Assembly: GCA_000934665.2 (NCBI GenBank)
Contig: JYFJ02002388.1
Coordinates: forward strand, 1 to 57,696
Direction of reading: 5' to 3'
Origin: Catajapyx aquilonaris
Taxonomy: Eukaryota
DNA: 57,696 nucleotides
The position numbers and the translations under genes are program-made. The notes under the pieces are model-generated. The model did not search any database and was not told the DNA's origin. It saw nothing but the letters and a program-made list of their open reading frames with translations. This document shows, one piece after another, positions 37,083-51,053 of this stretch (positions are counted from its first letter, which is position 1; each line of letters opens with the position of its first letter).

Positions 37083-39170
37083 ATGAAGCACAGTGTGGTT
37101 CAACTTTTGGTGATTGTGTTAGTAGCAGACATGTGCAACTCCAGAGAAGGTCCCAGAATAATATCCAGCAAAGTGGGTGACCCTCTGTATTTGACCCCTC
37201 TGATTGACAAGAAGGATTTGGACAAGGCTCGTAACCTGTCGGCGGTCACAGGTTTTATCGACGATGGTGTCCCCAGCTACTCTGGTTACTTGACTGTCAA
37301 CAAGACGTACAGGTCGAACCTCTTCTTTTGGTACTTTCCAGCTCAGGTAAGCGCACTTGATTTATAATTAGGATAGGTCATGCAAATGTGTGTTTTATTT
37401 TGCATGTCCAGAAGGCTGAAAAGGCGCCATTAATATTGTGGCTCTCAGGAGGTCCTGGGGCCACCAGCATGTTTGCGGTTTTCGTTCAGAATGGACCATA
37501 TTACATCAACGAAAATGGAAGGTTACGTTTCAGGCAGCATACTTGGACAGCCAATTATTCAATGTTGTACGTCGATCAGCCGGTGGGAACAGGTGAATTT
37601 TTTAAAGATTAAAGAAGTTACAAAGCAGAATGTTCAACAAGTCATAGAGATGTGCTAAAACATAATTTTTAAAGATTCTAATTATTAAACAATAAGAATA
37701 AAATGCCTTCTCTGTCAGTCTATTTTGTTTGAAAATTGACCTTATCTTGGACATTTGTGTCAAGAGCATTCATTTGAGACCAAACTGTGACTTTGATCGG
37801 TCAGAACTTTCATAATGTATATTAAAATTACAGGACACAATTTGTTCAGAATGGATTATATTTCAGGGTTTAGTTTCACAAACCATGAAAAAGGGTATGC
37901 ACGGAATCAAACAGATGTTACAAGGGATTTGTACAACGCACTTGTCCAGTTTCTCACTTTATTTCCTGAAGAGCAAAGCAGTGATATTTACATAGCTGGA
38001 GATTCATATGCAGGTAATCTGTTTGGCAATCTTTGTTATTCTGCAGATTTCAAACATGTGATTGATTTTCTGCAGGGAAGTACGTACCCAACATTGCCCA
38101 CAAAATATTTACGGAAGCAAAGCGATCACCGGTAAAAATAAAATTGAAAGGTGATATCTGCCACGTTTTTCGATTGGTTATTTTTAGAAGTATTAATTTT
38201 GAATTATTTTCAGCCTTAATGATAGGAAACGGTCTGACAGACCCTGTATCTAATTTACGCTACGGCGACTTCTTGTACTACTTGGGTCTTCTGGATGAGA
38301 AGACAAGAGACCACTTCAAAGAGCGCGAAAAGGTGGCCGAGAATCTTATCAACAAACAAGAATTCACAAAAGCTCTGAAGGTCAGTAGTTCCACTCCTTG
38401 TTTTTGTTGTGGCCTAAAGTCCACGAAATTCAAGGCTGAATATTATTTTTGTTCATATAAATAGCCAATATGCTAACTAATCGGCTTGTTTTGAAAAAAA
38501 AACATCTGACAATAATACAAAATAAATAAATATTTATATTTTTATTAATAACAAAGACGAAATGAAATTTCATAAATTATGCAAACGAATGATTGTTGTA
38601 ATTAATCAGGTGATCGACGAGCTTGTTCCTGGTGACCTGTCTCCTTATTCGACCGCCTTTGAAAACGTGACCGGTCTGACCCGATCCATCATCAACTTCA
38701 TGCGCGATTCGACCCCCGAGTACTGGAAGTACTTTGTGAGTTACGTCAATTCCGCTCACAGTCGGAAAGCCCTGCACGTTGGGTCCACCAGACTTCTATC
38801 CTGGAATAGAAAAGTGTTTGAGGAGATGGAAGGCGACATAATGCATTCGGCCAAACCATTGGTGGAGGAGATTCTTCAGAGAGGAACTAGAGTCCTCTAC
38901 TTCCATGGACTAATGGACATCCTTATCCCTTATGCCGGAGCTCAGACATTTTACAGGTCACTCAAGTGGGACGGGGCTCAGGAGTATCTGAAGGATCAGA
39001 GGCAGATATGGAAGGTCGGAGGTCGAGTCGCTGGGTTTGTCAGGGAGAGCAGGAATTTCGTGGAGGTTGCGGTCAGGAATGCAGGACACTTGGTCCTGTG
39101 CGATCAGCCATTACGAGCATTGGATTTGGTCAACAAGTTTATCAGTGGAGTTCATATTGGAGAATTGTGA
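37083..39170 (+). CDS. Serine carboxypeptidase S10 copy 8 (GDS motif)
   Basis: Signal MKHSVVQLLVIVLVADMCNS; WLSGGPG, FVQNGP, GDSYAG, HGLMD, RNAGHLVLCDQP. Confidence 0.92.
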
Positions 39171-40069
39171 AATCAGTCTGAATTAAATAGATTTTTATAG
39201 TGTACTGGCTTCATTTCCTACTGTAAGTGCCAGAGTTTGAAAAGGTGGAGCCTTCAGTGATTGCGAAAGGAAGGCTGAAACTGGATTAGATTCGGGATAA
39301 TCTTGTGTGATTCCGGGTTGTCTCGTCGTTGTCTCACATCCTTCCTGGAAACTCCGATGTGACGATACACCCCCGCTTTATTATGTTCAAACAAAATGGT
39401 ATTTCCGGACACAACTGCTTCCGCATCCAGATAGTCAGAGCATTTACCGATGTTGTCGTGTGACCAAGGCACACGCCAAATACATTATGTCGCATTAGGT
39501 TGTATGTAGCTCCAGTTCAAAAGGACCACTTTCAAATTTTCAGCACGTAAACATACAAAAATGGCGCACGCATAAATTCAGTGTAATCTCAAATAGATCT
39601 ATAGGAGAGCAAAATTGTGTAAAAATAATAAACAAGTAGACATACACCCTGATATAATTGGTTCGTAATTTGCAATCAATCACTACTAATGGCTTGTAGC
39701 ATATACGAGTACGTATACCAAAGATTAACACTTCCTGTCATGTTATGTTTTTATGACATTGCCCTTGGTGTATTTCCTAGTAGTTATCTAACTTACCATA
39801 CATATTCCATGGAGTGTTTTGGTAATTAGCATATATATCGAACAGCTCTCTGTGTACTAATAACGTTTCATTACGTCCTTTTCATCTTCACGGCAGCATA
39901 CTGGTCGATGCAGGTAATATGAATTGTATTAGTCATACTGTAGTATTATGTATGTATTATTTTTTGTTGCCTCTTACAGGCTCTAATGACAAATAAGCCT
40001 TTAGTCAATTTTCTATAGTATATAGATAGGATACTGAACAATTTCAGCTAGTCTCACATATCATCCCGG

Positions 40070-42020
40070 ATGCTGCGCCTAATCTACTTAGTGATTGTTC
40101 TGGTTGGTCAGATCTCATCTCAACACCATGCTAATGATGTTAAGGATGACCCTGACCCAGGACAAGCTCTCTTCTTAACTCCTTATATCGAAGAGAATCG
40201 CATAGAAGAGGCTCTAGAAAGAGCTCACGTACACGGAATAAGCGATGACGTCGTCAGCTACTCCGGATTCATTACTGTCAACAAAAATTACAACTCAAAC
40301 TTATTTTTCTGGTTTTTCCCAGCAATGGTAGGCTACCGTACAAATATTAAACATTTTATTACGTGATTTCTGATTTTAAAGTTGATGTGTTTTTCGACAG
40401 GAAGTAGAAATAGAAAAGGCTCCTGTAATAGCTTATCTGAATAGTGGACCTGGTTTGTCCTCAGTGAATACACTTTTTACCGAAAACGGACCATTCATGA
40501 TCGACGAGCATCAGCAAATGAGTCGACGGGAAGACACCTGGACAAAGTATCACTCGGTCATTTACATTGACTCTCCAGTAGGAGTTGGTAAGTATAGCAT
40601 GTCTTCGCATGTGAACTACTGGACACTGAACATATGATTTTTGCAGGATTCAGTTTCACGGACAGTAATCAGGGATTTCCAAGAAACGAGAGCCAAGTAT
40701 CCAAAGATCTGCATATCTTCTTGGTGCAATTTTTCACAATGTTTTCAAATTTACAAAGCAACGATTTTTATATTGCAGGAGAGTCTTATGGAGGTATGTA
40801 AATTATGCATCATATTTGGCATTACCTGACCTTATAATATTGTGCAATATGTGTTTCAGGGAAATATGCTCCTAGCCTAGCATGGAAAATACATTTTGAA
40901 AATCAGAAGTCTAGCACACGCATCAATTTAAAGGGTATGCTTATTCCTCTCGTTTCAAGGCGAATCGCACAATAGAGCACAACTGATGCAAGATTGAAAC
41001 TTGTTTTTCAGGCGTTACGATAGGAAATGGATTCACCCATCCGCAATACCACATAGACCGAACAGAATTGCTCTTCCAGCTAGGTCTTGTCGACATACGA
41101 AGCAAATATTATCTTGCCCAGAATGTCAAGCAAGTGCAGGACTTAATTTTGGAAGAAAAGTGGGATGAAGCAATGAAGGTATGGTGTATGAAGGATGAAG
41201 CACTGTCGTAGACTGAAACAGGAAAGTCCGTCTCTACCGCTGAGTCATTATGTTTCGCAAAAGAATTTCGCAATGAATAAGTTTTTGTTATAATGGGCGG
41301 AAATGCAATTAAAATCATCTATTGAAACAACAAAGCAAAGGTTCAGTCGTGAACAAATTAGAAGCAGGTTTCACTTTATTTGATTCATCTACATTGATAT
41401 GTTTCTCTATCTGTCCTTTTCAGAGCTTCTTTGAATACCTAGGCAACATGGGCAACGCAACTGATTATCATTTTTGGTACAACGTATTGTACCCAGAAGC
41501 GCCTGATGTCTACTTCTACTATATCGATTATGTTTCCAGCAACTCTGTCAAGAAGAAAGTGCATGTCGGGCACGTCTCCTTCAACCATTTCTCATCAGAT
41601 GTATAATGCTCAAATATTTAGCCTCCTTTTACTGGATTTGAAGTTTTGTGTTTCTATTGGTTCCAGGTGTACGAATCTCTCTGGCAGGATTTCATGAAGT
41701 CTGCAAAACCCGAGGTGGAATTCCTCCTTCAAAACGGGTACTTCGTCCTGTTTTACAACGGATTGCTGGACCTCTGCGTACCGTACGCCTCGACTGCTCG
41801 TCTTATGAACGAGCTGGAATGGGAAGGGTCCAAGGATTTCCAGGAAGCCAAGAGACTATTTTGGCATGTGGATGGAGAGTTGGCAGGATACATTCAGGAA
41901 GGACACAATCTCGTATTCATTGGGGTGAGAAATGCAGGTCACATGGTGCCATTCGATCAGCCTAAGGTGGCCGAAAGGCTGATTCGAGAGTTTGTATCAG
42001 GACGAATAACTTCCCAGTGA
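40070..42020 (+). CDS. Serine carboxypeptidase S10 copy 9
   Basis: Signal MLRLIYLVIVLVGQISS; YLNSGPG, GESYGG, NGLLD, RNAGHMVPFDQP. Confidence 0.92.
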
Positions 42021-43188
42021 TGGTAAATTAAATATGTCTCGTGACATAAAAATACAGACGGACGGTTATTATTATTTTGAGTAAAACCTTGACGGATACC
42101 TTCTGAGGATGAAGTCAGTTTCCTGCAGTTTGAAAGAAGAATGTGCCAGAGGGGAAAGGATTTACGTTTAAACACCTACACGTGACCGTATGCAGGGTAA
42201 AACGTCCTGGACTTACTTCAACTACAGTATTGTCCCTCTTCTGCAGCTGTACAGTATAATTCTACGCCAACCAGCAAGGTTGTGCATACTTTTGATGATG
42301 GGCAATAAAGTAATGCAGGCCATTGCCACTATTCGCTGTTGATCTGTTGTTGCCTTTTTCCTGTACCATGACGCATTATTACACAGGCGCTTGAAAAGAT
42401 AGCGCAAGTGGTGAAAATGATGCGAATACCACAATACTAGTCACCATCACAAACTGTTGAGAGGGTGATAGAATGATGTCCGAAGGCATGTTGGGAACCC
42501 TTAAAAGTAAGCAACCTGCTGATCAATATTTTATAGTTAATATGTGCTTTGTTTTTACTCGAAATTGAGGACTATTCCACTTGAAAACTTTCATTCCCTC
42601 CTAATCAATTCATAATATAACTCAAAATATTATTATCAGGTGTAATGTTTCGATAATTACAGATTTATTATTGAAGTCAGTCATTTAAAAGTGCGAACTT
42701 GCTTAACAAGTCAATTATAATACTTCCGATATAAGCCTCTGTGATCCCTGCTGTTGGATTACTTCACTCTTATCTTATGTGAAACACATGCCGGAACACT
42801 TGTTAATTGATATTTACGGAGGCACTTCCTCTCTACAATACTACAAATCACATCATTACTACAACCCTACTGCAGCTGTTGGTAAAATGAGTATTTACTG
42901 GTATTGAGAATAACAATAGAGCAGCCGGTATGACGATTTTGTTGTTTCTCTATGGCTGTCATTTGCCTGAGGCAAAGGCTTCACAGCTATACACTCTTAG
43001 CCTGATCACGTTTATTTTGGAATTACAAATGACATTTTTATACGTCAAAATGCCTTTTACGTGCCTTGGTCACGTATATTATAACGTGACTGGTCTAAGA
43101 GTGTATTATAAGATCAAACAAGTTGGAGTTACAATAAGAGAGTGTTATATTTTCAGCTTACGTCGAATAATACTTATCCATCTATACC

Positions 43189-45423
43189 ATGGTTCTACAA
43201 CGAGTGTACGTAGTGATTCTCTTGGCCTTTCCAATCGTGTCTCCACACCACAAAAATGACGTGAAGGATGACCCACACCCAGGACAGGCTCTCTTTTTAA
43301 CTTCCTTTATCGAGGAGAACCGCATAGAAGAGGCCCGAGAACAATCCCGAGTGCACGGAATATTCGATGACATTGTCAGCTACTCTGGATTCCTGACTGT
43401 CAACAAGAAATACAACTCAAACATGTTTTTCTGGTTTTTCCCAGCAATGGCACGTATGCAAAATACAGAGTATATAATGTTTCATAATTATTCAGACAAA
43501 CTTGTAGGGTAAGCTATTGGGCATTATGAAGAGGTGTCACTGAGTCTCTGCATGCATACAGTGTTGTAATTTGCATTACCCAAAAAGTGTTTCTTGTACG
43601 ACCTCCTTTGTCGAGGATACAACCTATGATACTTCCATCCTCTCGACAACGGCATGATTTGACAATGCCAAAGAACCTTGCAAAGAACTCATCTGTTGGT
43701 GCTTAGTAAGTCACCCTATGAGTCTGTCTGAATCGTTACAAAACGCCCTGAATGTTACTAGAACATATCTCCACACTCTTTTACTCAGGAGGTAGAAGTA
43801 GAAAAGGCTGCAATTATAGTTTATCTGAATGGCGGCCCGGGATTTTCCTCAATGAACACAATATTTACTGAAAATGGACCCTTCATGGTGAACAAGCATC
43901 AGCAAATGAGTAGAAGGGAAGACACTTGGGCGAAATATCATTCAATCATTTACATTGACTCGCCAGTGGGAGCTGGTAAGTAATATTTATTGTAACCATT
44001 TTGTAAAAGGTATTGTACAGTTGATGTAGAGTTGAACTGACTTTTTGGAGACATCTTTTTCAGGATACAGTTTCACAGAACATGATGAGGGCTACCCAAA
44101 AAATCAGAGAGGAGTGGCAAACGATTTATATGCATTCCTTGTACAATTTTGTACCATATTTTCGGAATTGCAGAGAAATGAATTTTATGTGGCTGGAGAA
44201 TCATATGGAGGCAAGTAAAACAGTGCAAAAATGTGTCCCTTATACCAGTATTGTTGTACTCATTGGTTGCACTATTTACAAGGTCTGCTGCTCATGCTTT
44301 TCAGGAAAATATGCTCCTAGCTTAGCCAAGAAGATACATGATGAGAATCAGAAGTCGGATTTCAATACTATAAATTTGAAGGGTATAGTGCTTATGACAC
44401 GTATTTCAGTTTTTTTATCAAGCGGTATGGTCACTGTTTAAAGTTTAAAATACTTATTTCATATCAGGATTAGATGACTTGTGAACATAAAGCTTTCTTT
44501 TTTCCTTTTCATGGTAGGCTACTATCAAAATAATTGGTGGCAAAATAGGATGATAATTTATATTTCAGGAATTACCATTGGGAATGGTTTCACACATCCA
44601 CTGTACCACGTAGACCGCGTAGATATATTTTACCAGTTGGGACTTATTGGAATAAATAACAAAAGCAACCACGAAGAAAATGTCAAACAATTGCAAGGCT
44701 TGATTTTGGAAGATAGTTGGGATGACGCCATGACGGTAAGGCGGTTTATAACAGCACTTTGCAACATTAAAAGTTGCTACTTCAAATTCCGAAAACAATC
44801 TATCGTGACTGTTATTTATGCCTTTTCAGAGTTTCTTTGGCTGCACAGAAGACTTGTGCAGAGAGAGTGGTTATAGCTATTTGTATAACCTTCTGGATTC
44901 AGAGCCACCTCAAGAACATTATTACCATATAGATTTTTTGTCAAGTAACGCCGTGAAAAAAATGTTGCATGCTGGACATACCTCCTTTTTCTACCACTCA
45001 GGAAAGGTAATTCAACGAGTATCACTTATCTTCAGTTTCGTAAATAAATTGTACTTCTATTGGTTCCAGGTATACGAGTTTCTCTGGCAGGATTTCTTGA
45101 AATCTGCGAAACCCGAAGTAGAATTCCTACTTCAGAACGGGTACCGTGTTCTGTTCTACAATGGATTGCTGGACCTCTGCGTACCGTATGCTTCGACGGT
45201 TCGTCTTCTCGACGAGTTGGAATGGGAAGGGTCCAAGGAGTTCCAAAAAGCCAGGAGACGATTTTGGCACGTCGATGGGGAGTTGGCAGGATATGTTCAG
45301 GAAGGACAAAACCTGATGTTTGTTGGTGTGCGAAACGCAGGTCACATGGTGCCATACGAACAGCCTAAGGTGGCCGAAAGGTTGATTCGAGAGTTTGTAT
45401 CCGGACGAATAACGTCTCATTGA
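43189..45423 (+). CDS. Serine carboxypeptidase S10 copy 10 (close paralog of copy 9; two GC-AG introns)
   Basis: YLNGGPG, GESYGG, RNAGHMVPYEQP. The last exon is highly similar to that of copy 9. GC donors at 43450 and 44211 are needed to keep frame. Confidence 0.9.
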
Positions 45424-47562
45424 CATCAAAATAAATGCGTCTGGTGGCACAACAATATATTTACCCACTCTATTTTTATTACGTAACGTAAAATATAGCT
45501 CCTCTATGTATGCAATAAGTGTGACGAATAATAATTACAGTAGCCTCTCCGCTTTACCACTGGGTTAGGTACACCAATAAAACAAGGTCGTAAAATGGAC
45601 AGTAAAAAGGGAGCTACCTCTATAGTGCAACGCTGACAAGATTCCACAGGAAAACATTGAGGTATTTTACTTTTCATTCATAATTTATTGCAGGCAGCAT
45701 AGAATGGACTTCCAGTCAATCATGTTGCAGGGTACAGTCCACAGTAGTTATCTTGCATGAAACTCATGTCATAAGGTTAGTTAATATTTTTCGAAGTACA
45801 ACCTGTGGTATCATACCAGTCTCCTACACTACACCTCCACAGCTGGTGCTGTTAGCTCAGTGAGTATTGGCTCGCAGCGTATCATACTAGACTACTAGAG
45901 TGTAGAGGTGTTACCTGGGTGCAACCATTTTACGCCGGTGATAGGTTCCAGCAATACAGAAGCTGCGCAAAGTGAATTTATTATAGTAAAACAACTCAAA
46001 ATTATATGGTAAGAAAATGAGACAGGATCCAATATTTTCGTGTATAAGTCATCCAGGCCCTCGGTTGAACCGCTTAAATACATAAAGCCCATGTTGGCCG
46101 AACTGTTGCATTTATGATGTGTTGCTAAGATGACTTCAATTTTAATGTGTTTGAAAAATTCTCCGGTTTACATCTGGTCGTTTCTCGCTTGATGTCTCTC
46201 AGGAAAAAAAAAACCCATGAGCTGATATGCTGCAAGGAGCGTAATGTTTCATAATACGTGTAGAACCCTAACAGACTCTTCTTCTTTCTTGTACTGTATC
46301 ATCAAAAGAACTATTCTACTCTTGCACCATGCTAATTTTGAGATATTTTGCAAATGTGAAAATGGAAGATCGAATAATATAGAGATAGACTATACTGCAT
46401 GCACCTGCGATGGTATGTACTCATGCAATTGGAAGCTTGGAATGTGCATCTGTTGCATAGCCTCGCGTCTTGCCTGACGTGCGCAGGTGCAGGTTTTGAC
46501 GTGTGCTTAGTTTCATATACGTAGATAGCTGATTAATATGCTATATGTTCTGCGTTGGTTGAAGGTGAGTGAGGTTAGATTAGTCATATTCAGGTGAGTA
46601 TTGGTAAGATGTAATCGAAGTTGTACCTGAAAAATATACAGTATAGGCCTATATAGTGTTCACAAGACGTTACATACGTATATACAATGATGCACTAAAT
46701 GCCCTGCATTACTATGGAATGGCATATAATGTTCATTTTTAGTACAAATATTAACTTGGAAGTTATGCGAGTTATGACCCATCCTGCATACAGTGTGAAT
46801 ACTTGGATTTATGTTGACATGATTGTGTGCTGAACTTTATGAGATTTATAACATGTAATAATGACGCATAAGATAATTATAATGACATTAATGAGATGAA
46901 AATACCCCCAAGAATTTAGTTCGTCAGCGATTTAAGTCCCTAATCTTGTCTGGAGCAGACCAAAACATGGAAGCGATGACCGCCATGTTAGTCCAGTTAT
47001 CCGACACAACGACCTTCACGTACTTCATAAGTCAAGGCCACACACGCATCCTTACACCACCATTACAAAGGCAATAAATCATGTAGGGGCAAACTTAACG
47101 AGGCATTTAAAAACGATAATGTAATCGGATTTCTCCCAACAATAACAATAATTTCCTGCACATTGCCTAATAAAATATGGTAGTATGATACATGTTATTG
47201 TGTTCAATACTCTAGAACATGCAGGAGGTCCTGCTATTGTGCGTTTAAAAGTCAGATTTTGAGGCTATTGTTGCAGCAGGGGCGTTGGAATCTTATCGGC
47301 CTCTCTCGTAAAGGCAATCCAGTCAACGTCTGCGCTGACCATCAAAGGAATGCTAAACATTTTGTCCGATATAGTCGTACGAAAAACATCACATCAGTCA
47401 GTAAACAGCCGGTGGACATGCCTCCTTCATGCATGCAAGTACCACGTACAATGCTCTGGGAGTCTGCACTTAGGGAGCCCATTGTGTGTACCGCAATTGC
47501 ATAATGTCACTGCTTGTTGCAGATGCGACGCAAACATTTAACGGACACAGCTCGGATCGAAC

Positions 47563-50458
47563 ATGACTTACGGATCTTTCGCCCTCTTGGACTATGTGGT
47601 GTTCGTGGGAACCATTGTGTTGTCTCTGGCCATTGGATTGTACTATGCATGTTTCGTGGACCAAAAGACCAACAAGGACTTCCTCCTCGGAGGAAGGAAG
47701 ATGAAAGTGTTCCCCATCTCCATATCTCTACTAGCAACATACATGTCTGCAGTGCTCGTATTGGGTAAGAACATGCTCGACATTTTTTGTGCAGAATATT
47801 TGTCATTGTGCCTCGAAAATTGGTGCCTCATCCTCTACATGAAGTGATCCTCATTAATTATTATGAAACACATTGTGATTCAAGAAGACATCAATTCCAT
47901 GTGGCACAGAAGCGAAATTATTATTTTGAATGTGTACTACCTGATATAATAATACAAATATTTAACAGGCTATGCGTCAGAAATGTACAGCTATGGCACA
48001 CTACAATCTGAAGTGATAGTCAGCTTTGCAGTGTGGGTTCCTCTGGGCGGGTTGATGTTCCTGCCGATATTTTACCAGCTGAAGCTAACTAGTGTGTACG
48101 AGGTGAGTTGTCCCTTTCTGTCCGATTACGCAATATTCACGTGCTTTTATTTGCAGTACTTAGAATTAAGATTCAAGTCCATCTGGGTTCGATGGCTGGC
48201 TGCGATCACTTTTATAGTCCAAATAGTTTTGTACCTGGGGATAGTGCTGTTTGCTCCTTCGTTAGCGCTCGACAGCATTTTGGACTTTCCAGTGTGGGCG
48301 TCCATTCTGTGTGTAGGCGGCTCTGCTACTATTTACACAGCACTGGTATGTCGCATCAACACACGTGTCAAATAGCATCATAAATTTTGTGACCATTACA
48401 TTAAAATGTGTAGGGTGGAATAAGAGCCGTTGTGTGGACGGATGTGTTCCAAGTGTTTATGTACCTGGCAGGCCTGCTGGCCATTGTCATCAAGGGCAGC
48501 AGCATTGTGGGCGGGTTGGACGTCGCCATTGACATCGCCAACCGGCATGGACGTATCCGGTTCTTAAGGCAAGTTCCGTTATACTATATGGCGTGTTTGA
48601 CAATAACTCAGATTTCCGGCCTATTTGCTGTGCAGTTTCGACCCCAGCCCGTTCTCAAGAGTGACCAGTCTATCAGTCTTTTTTGGCCAGGGATTCCTAT
48701 GGGTCAGTGCTTACGTTTGCCATCAGACGCAGGTTCAACGGTATTGCAGCATGGGATCTCTAAGAGATGCCTTCAAGTTAGTGACATTTGCCTGGATTTA
48801 CACTGAAAAATGGTATATAGTTTCCATATTTTATTAATATTAATAACTGTCATTTCAGATCTCTATTTCTGAATGTCCCGTTAATTGCTTTCACAATTGG
48901 CGCGGCAACATTGTCCGGAATAGTAATTTACGCCAATTATGCCACTTGCGACGTTGTAAGTGCGGGCGTTATCAATAAAAGCGATCAAATTGCGCCGTTT
49001 TTTGTGGTGGACCACCTGTCAGTCATACCGGGTATGGTCGGTCTCTTCGTGGCGTGTCTTTTCAGCGGTTCTCTAAGGTAATTATGGTTACGTACAGTGT
49101 GCGCACGTGCTTTTTTCACATAGCATTAACCAAAGCACATGCTATACAAGTATTCCAGCTGTTTATCCACTTTTTGTCATGTCGTGATGTCATTCCGGAA
49201 GCTACACCGGATCATACACGCAGCATTAAATTACACGCACTCCATGTATTTACAGTACTGTGTCTTCCGGGCTCAGCTCGTTGGCTGCAGTCACATGGGA
49301 AGATTTTTTAAGCAAAATATATTACTTCAGGAAGATGTCAGCTGAAAAGCAAGCCAGCATCACTAAAATATTGGGTAGTTAATATTGTTTTGAAATTTTT
49401 TTTTGTCAGGTTCTATTTTACTAACATATCTCTGTCATTCCAGCACTGATGTATGGGATCGTGTGCATCTGTATGGCGTTTGTGGCCCAGAAATTGGGAG
49501 GAATACTTGCAGCATCTCTTACTGTTAATGGAACAGTGTCTGGACCTCTACTCGGCGTCTTTATCTTAGGAGCACTCTTGCCCTTCACCAACAGTAAGGC
49601 AAGTACTGGTAATTCTAATACGTGTACTGCATTTTCGTACAGTTCACCTTGCAGTTGTTTAGGTGAATAACTTCGGAGTTGTAACAAATATGTTCATCAT
49701 GAAGGTGTCACAGGGTTCATTTACGTGCACACTGGTATTTACGATGTTGGATGTTAATGTTGATATTTTCATCTTGTTATTGCAGACGGTAAATTCAATT
49801 GTAATTTTCATTCGTTGATTGTCGAAATGTTTCTGAGTTCACACACTACTTGTTCGCATAGGGAGCCATCACAGGAATGCTAGCAGGACACTCCCTAACT
49901 TTGTGGATCAGTGTCGGTGCGCTTGTAAACGACGTCAAGGAAAAGCCACTGCCTGTTGACGTTAGCAACTGCAGCGCATATTTGTCTTCTCGCAATTTCA
50001 CATCGATGTTATCACCGGCTTTTAGTAATGTAACGACAACACCTTCACCTGCGTCGGAGTAAGTCATGTGTTTGTATAATAATGACTCAATATTTTTACT
50101 CAAACACTGCCTTTCCAGTGACTGGATGCTACAGATGTACCGCATATCATTTCTACTCTATCCGCTAATCGGTTGTTTAACCACAGTTATTGTGGGTGTA
50201 ATAGTCAGCTTGTTCACTGGTAAATATGACTACACTGCACTGCCAAGATTAGACAAGCCACGTTTCATGCGCATTTTTTCAGGGCCAATGGAAGTAAATA
50301 AGGAAATGGAGCCGTATGTCAGTGCTCCTATTCTCAAACTGATCCGACTAGTGAGACCAGAGAGAGCAGCCGAGGACATGTACAACTTCGACAATCACGC
50401 ATTTACTAGTCACGAAAAGAATCTCAGCGAAGAAAATGGAGACGTTACGAGACTTTGA
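47563..50458 (+). CDS. SLC5 sodium:solute symporter (SMCT/SMVT/NIS-like subgroup), multi-exon
   Basis: LDYVVFVGTIVLSLAIGLYY, DFLLGGRKM..PISISLLATYMSA, TSVYEYLELRF, GGIRAVVWTDVFQ, QTQVQRYCS, PGMVGLFVACLFSGSL, GPLLGVFILG. C-terminal VTRL is a PDZ-type motif. Confidence 0.93.
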
Positions 50459-51053
50459 TAGGAAAAATATTTTATCCACCTGTGGAGGCAGCTCCTTTGC
50501 AGACAGGGACATTTTATCAGACAGAGTAGCCTTGAAGTCAAGACTACTCTGTCTGATCAAATGTGGCTCCTGAGCTGCACATACCACCACGATAATAATC
50601 TGTGGTCCTGGTCAATTAGGCAGGGGTTAACCGTGGCACCTGAACGTCCGCAAAATCACTCATAATGTAGTTTCATTTTCTCATGGTTAATAAATAATTG
50701 TTGTTGTGAAAAAAAGCATTTATACATCTCCCTATGTTGTCAAAACATGATTGTCGATGATACAGACGCGTATAATTTCCTCTGGCTGAAGATATTGCGC
50801 AATTGAATGAAATCCGGATGCAAACTATCTAATGCCATGTATGCCTAACTTTGCCTGGTAATCTGTAACAGTGTCCTTGTAAATTAAACAAAAATGGTAG
50901 ATTCGGTCATGCTAAAATCATTGCCCGTTTTGATCTGTTCACGAGAACTTGAGACGAGCTCTGCACTTTACAAATATTCAGGTAAATAATTTCAGTAATT
51001 TAATTTTTCCTCGTGAAACTTGCTAACTGTTACTTTCTTGTAATAATTAAAGC

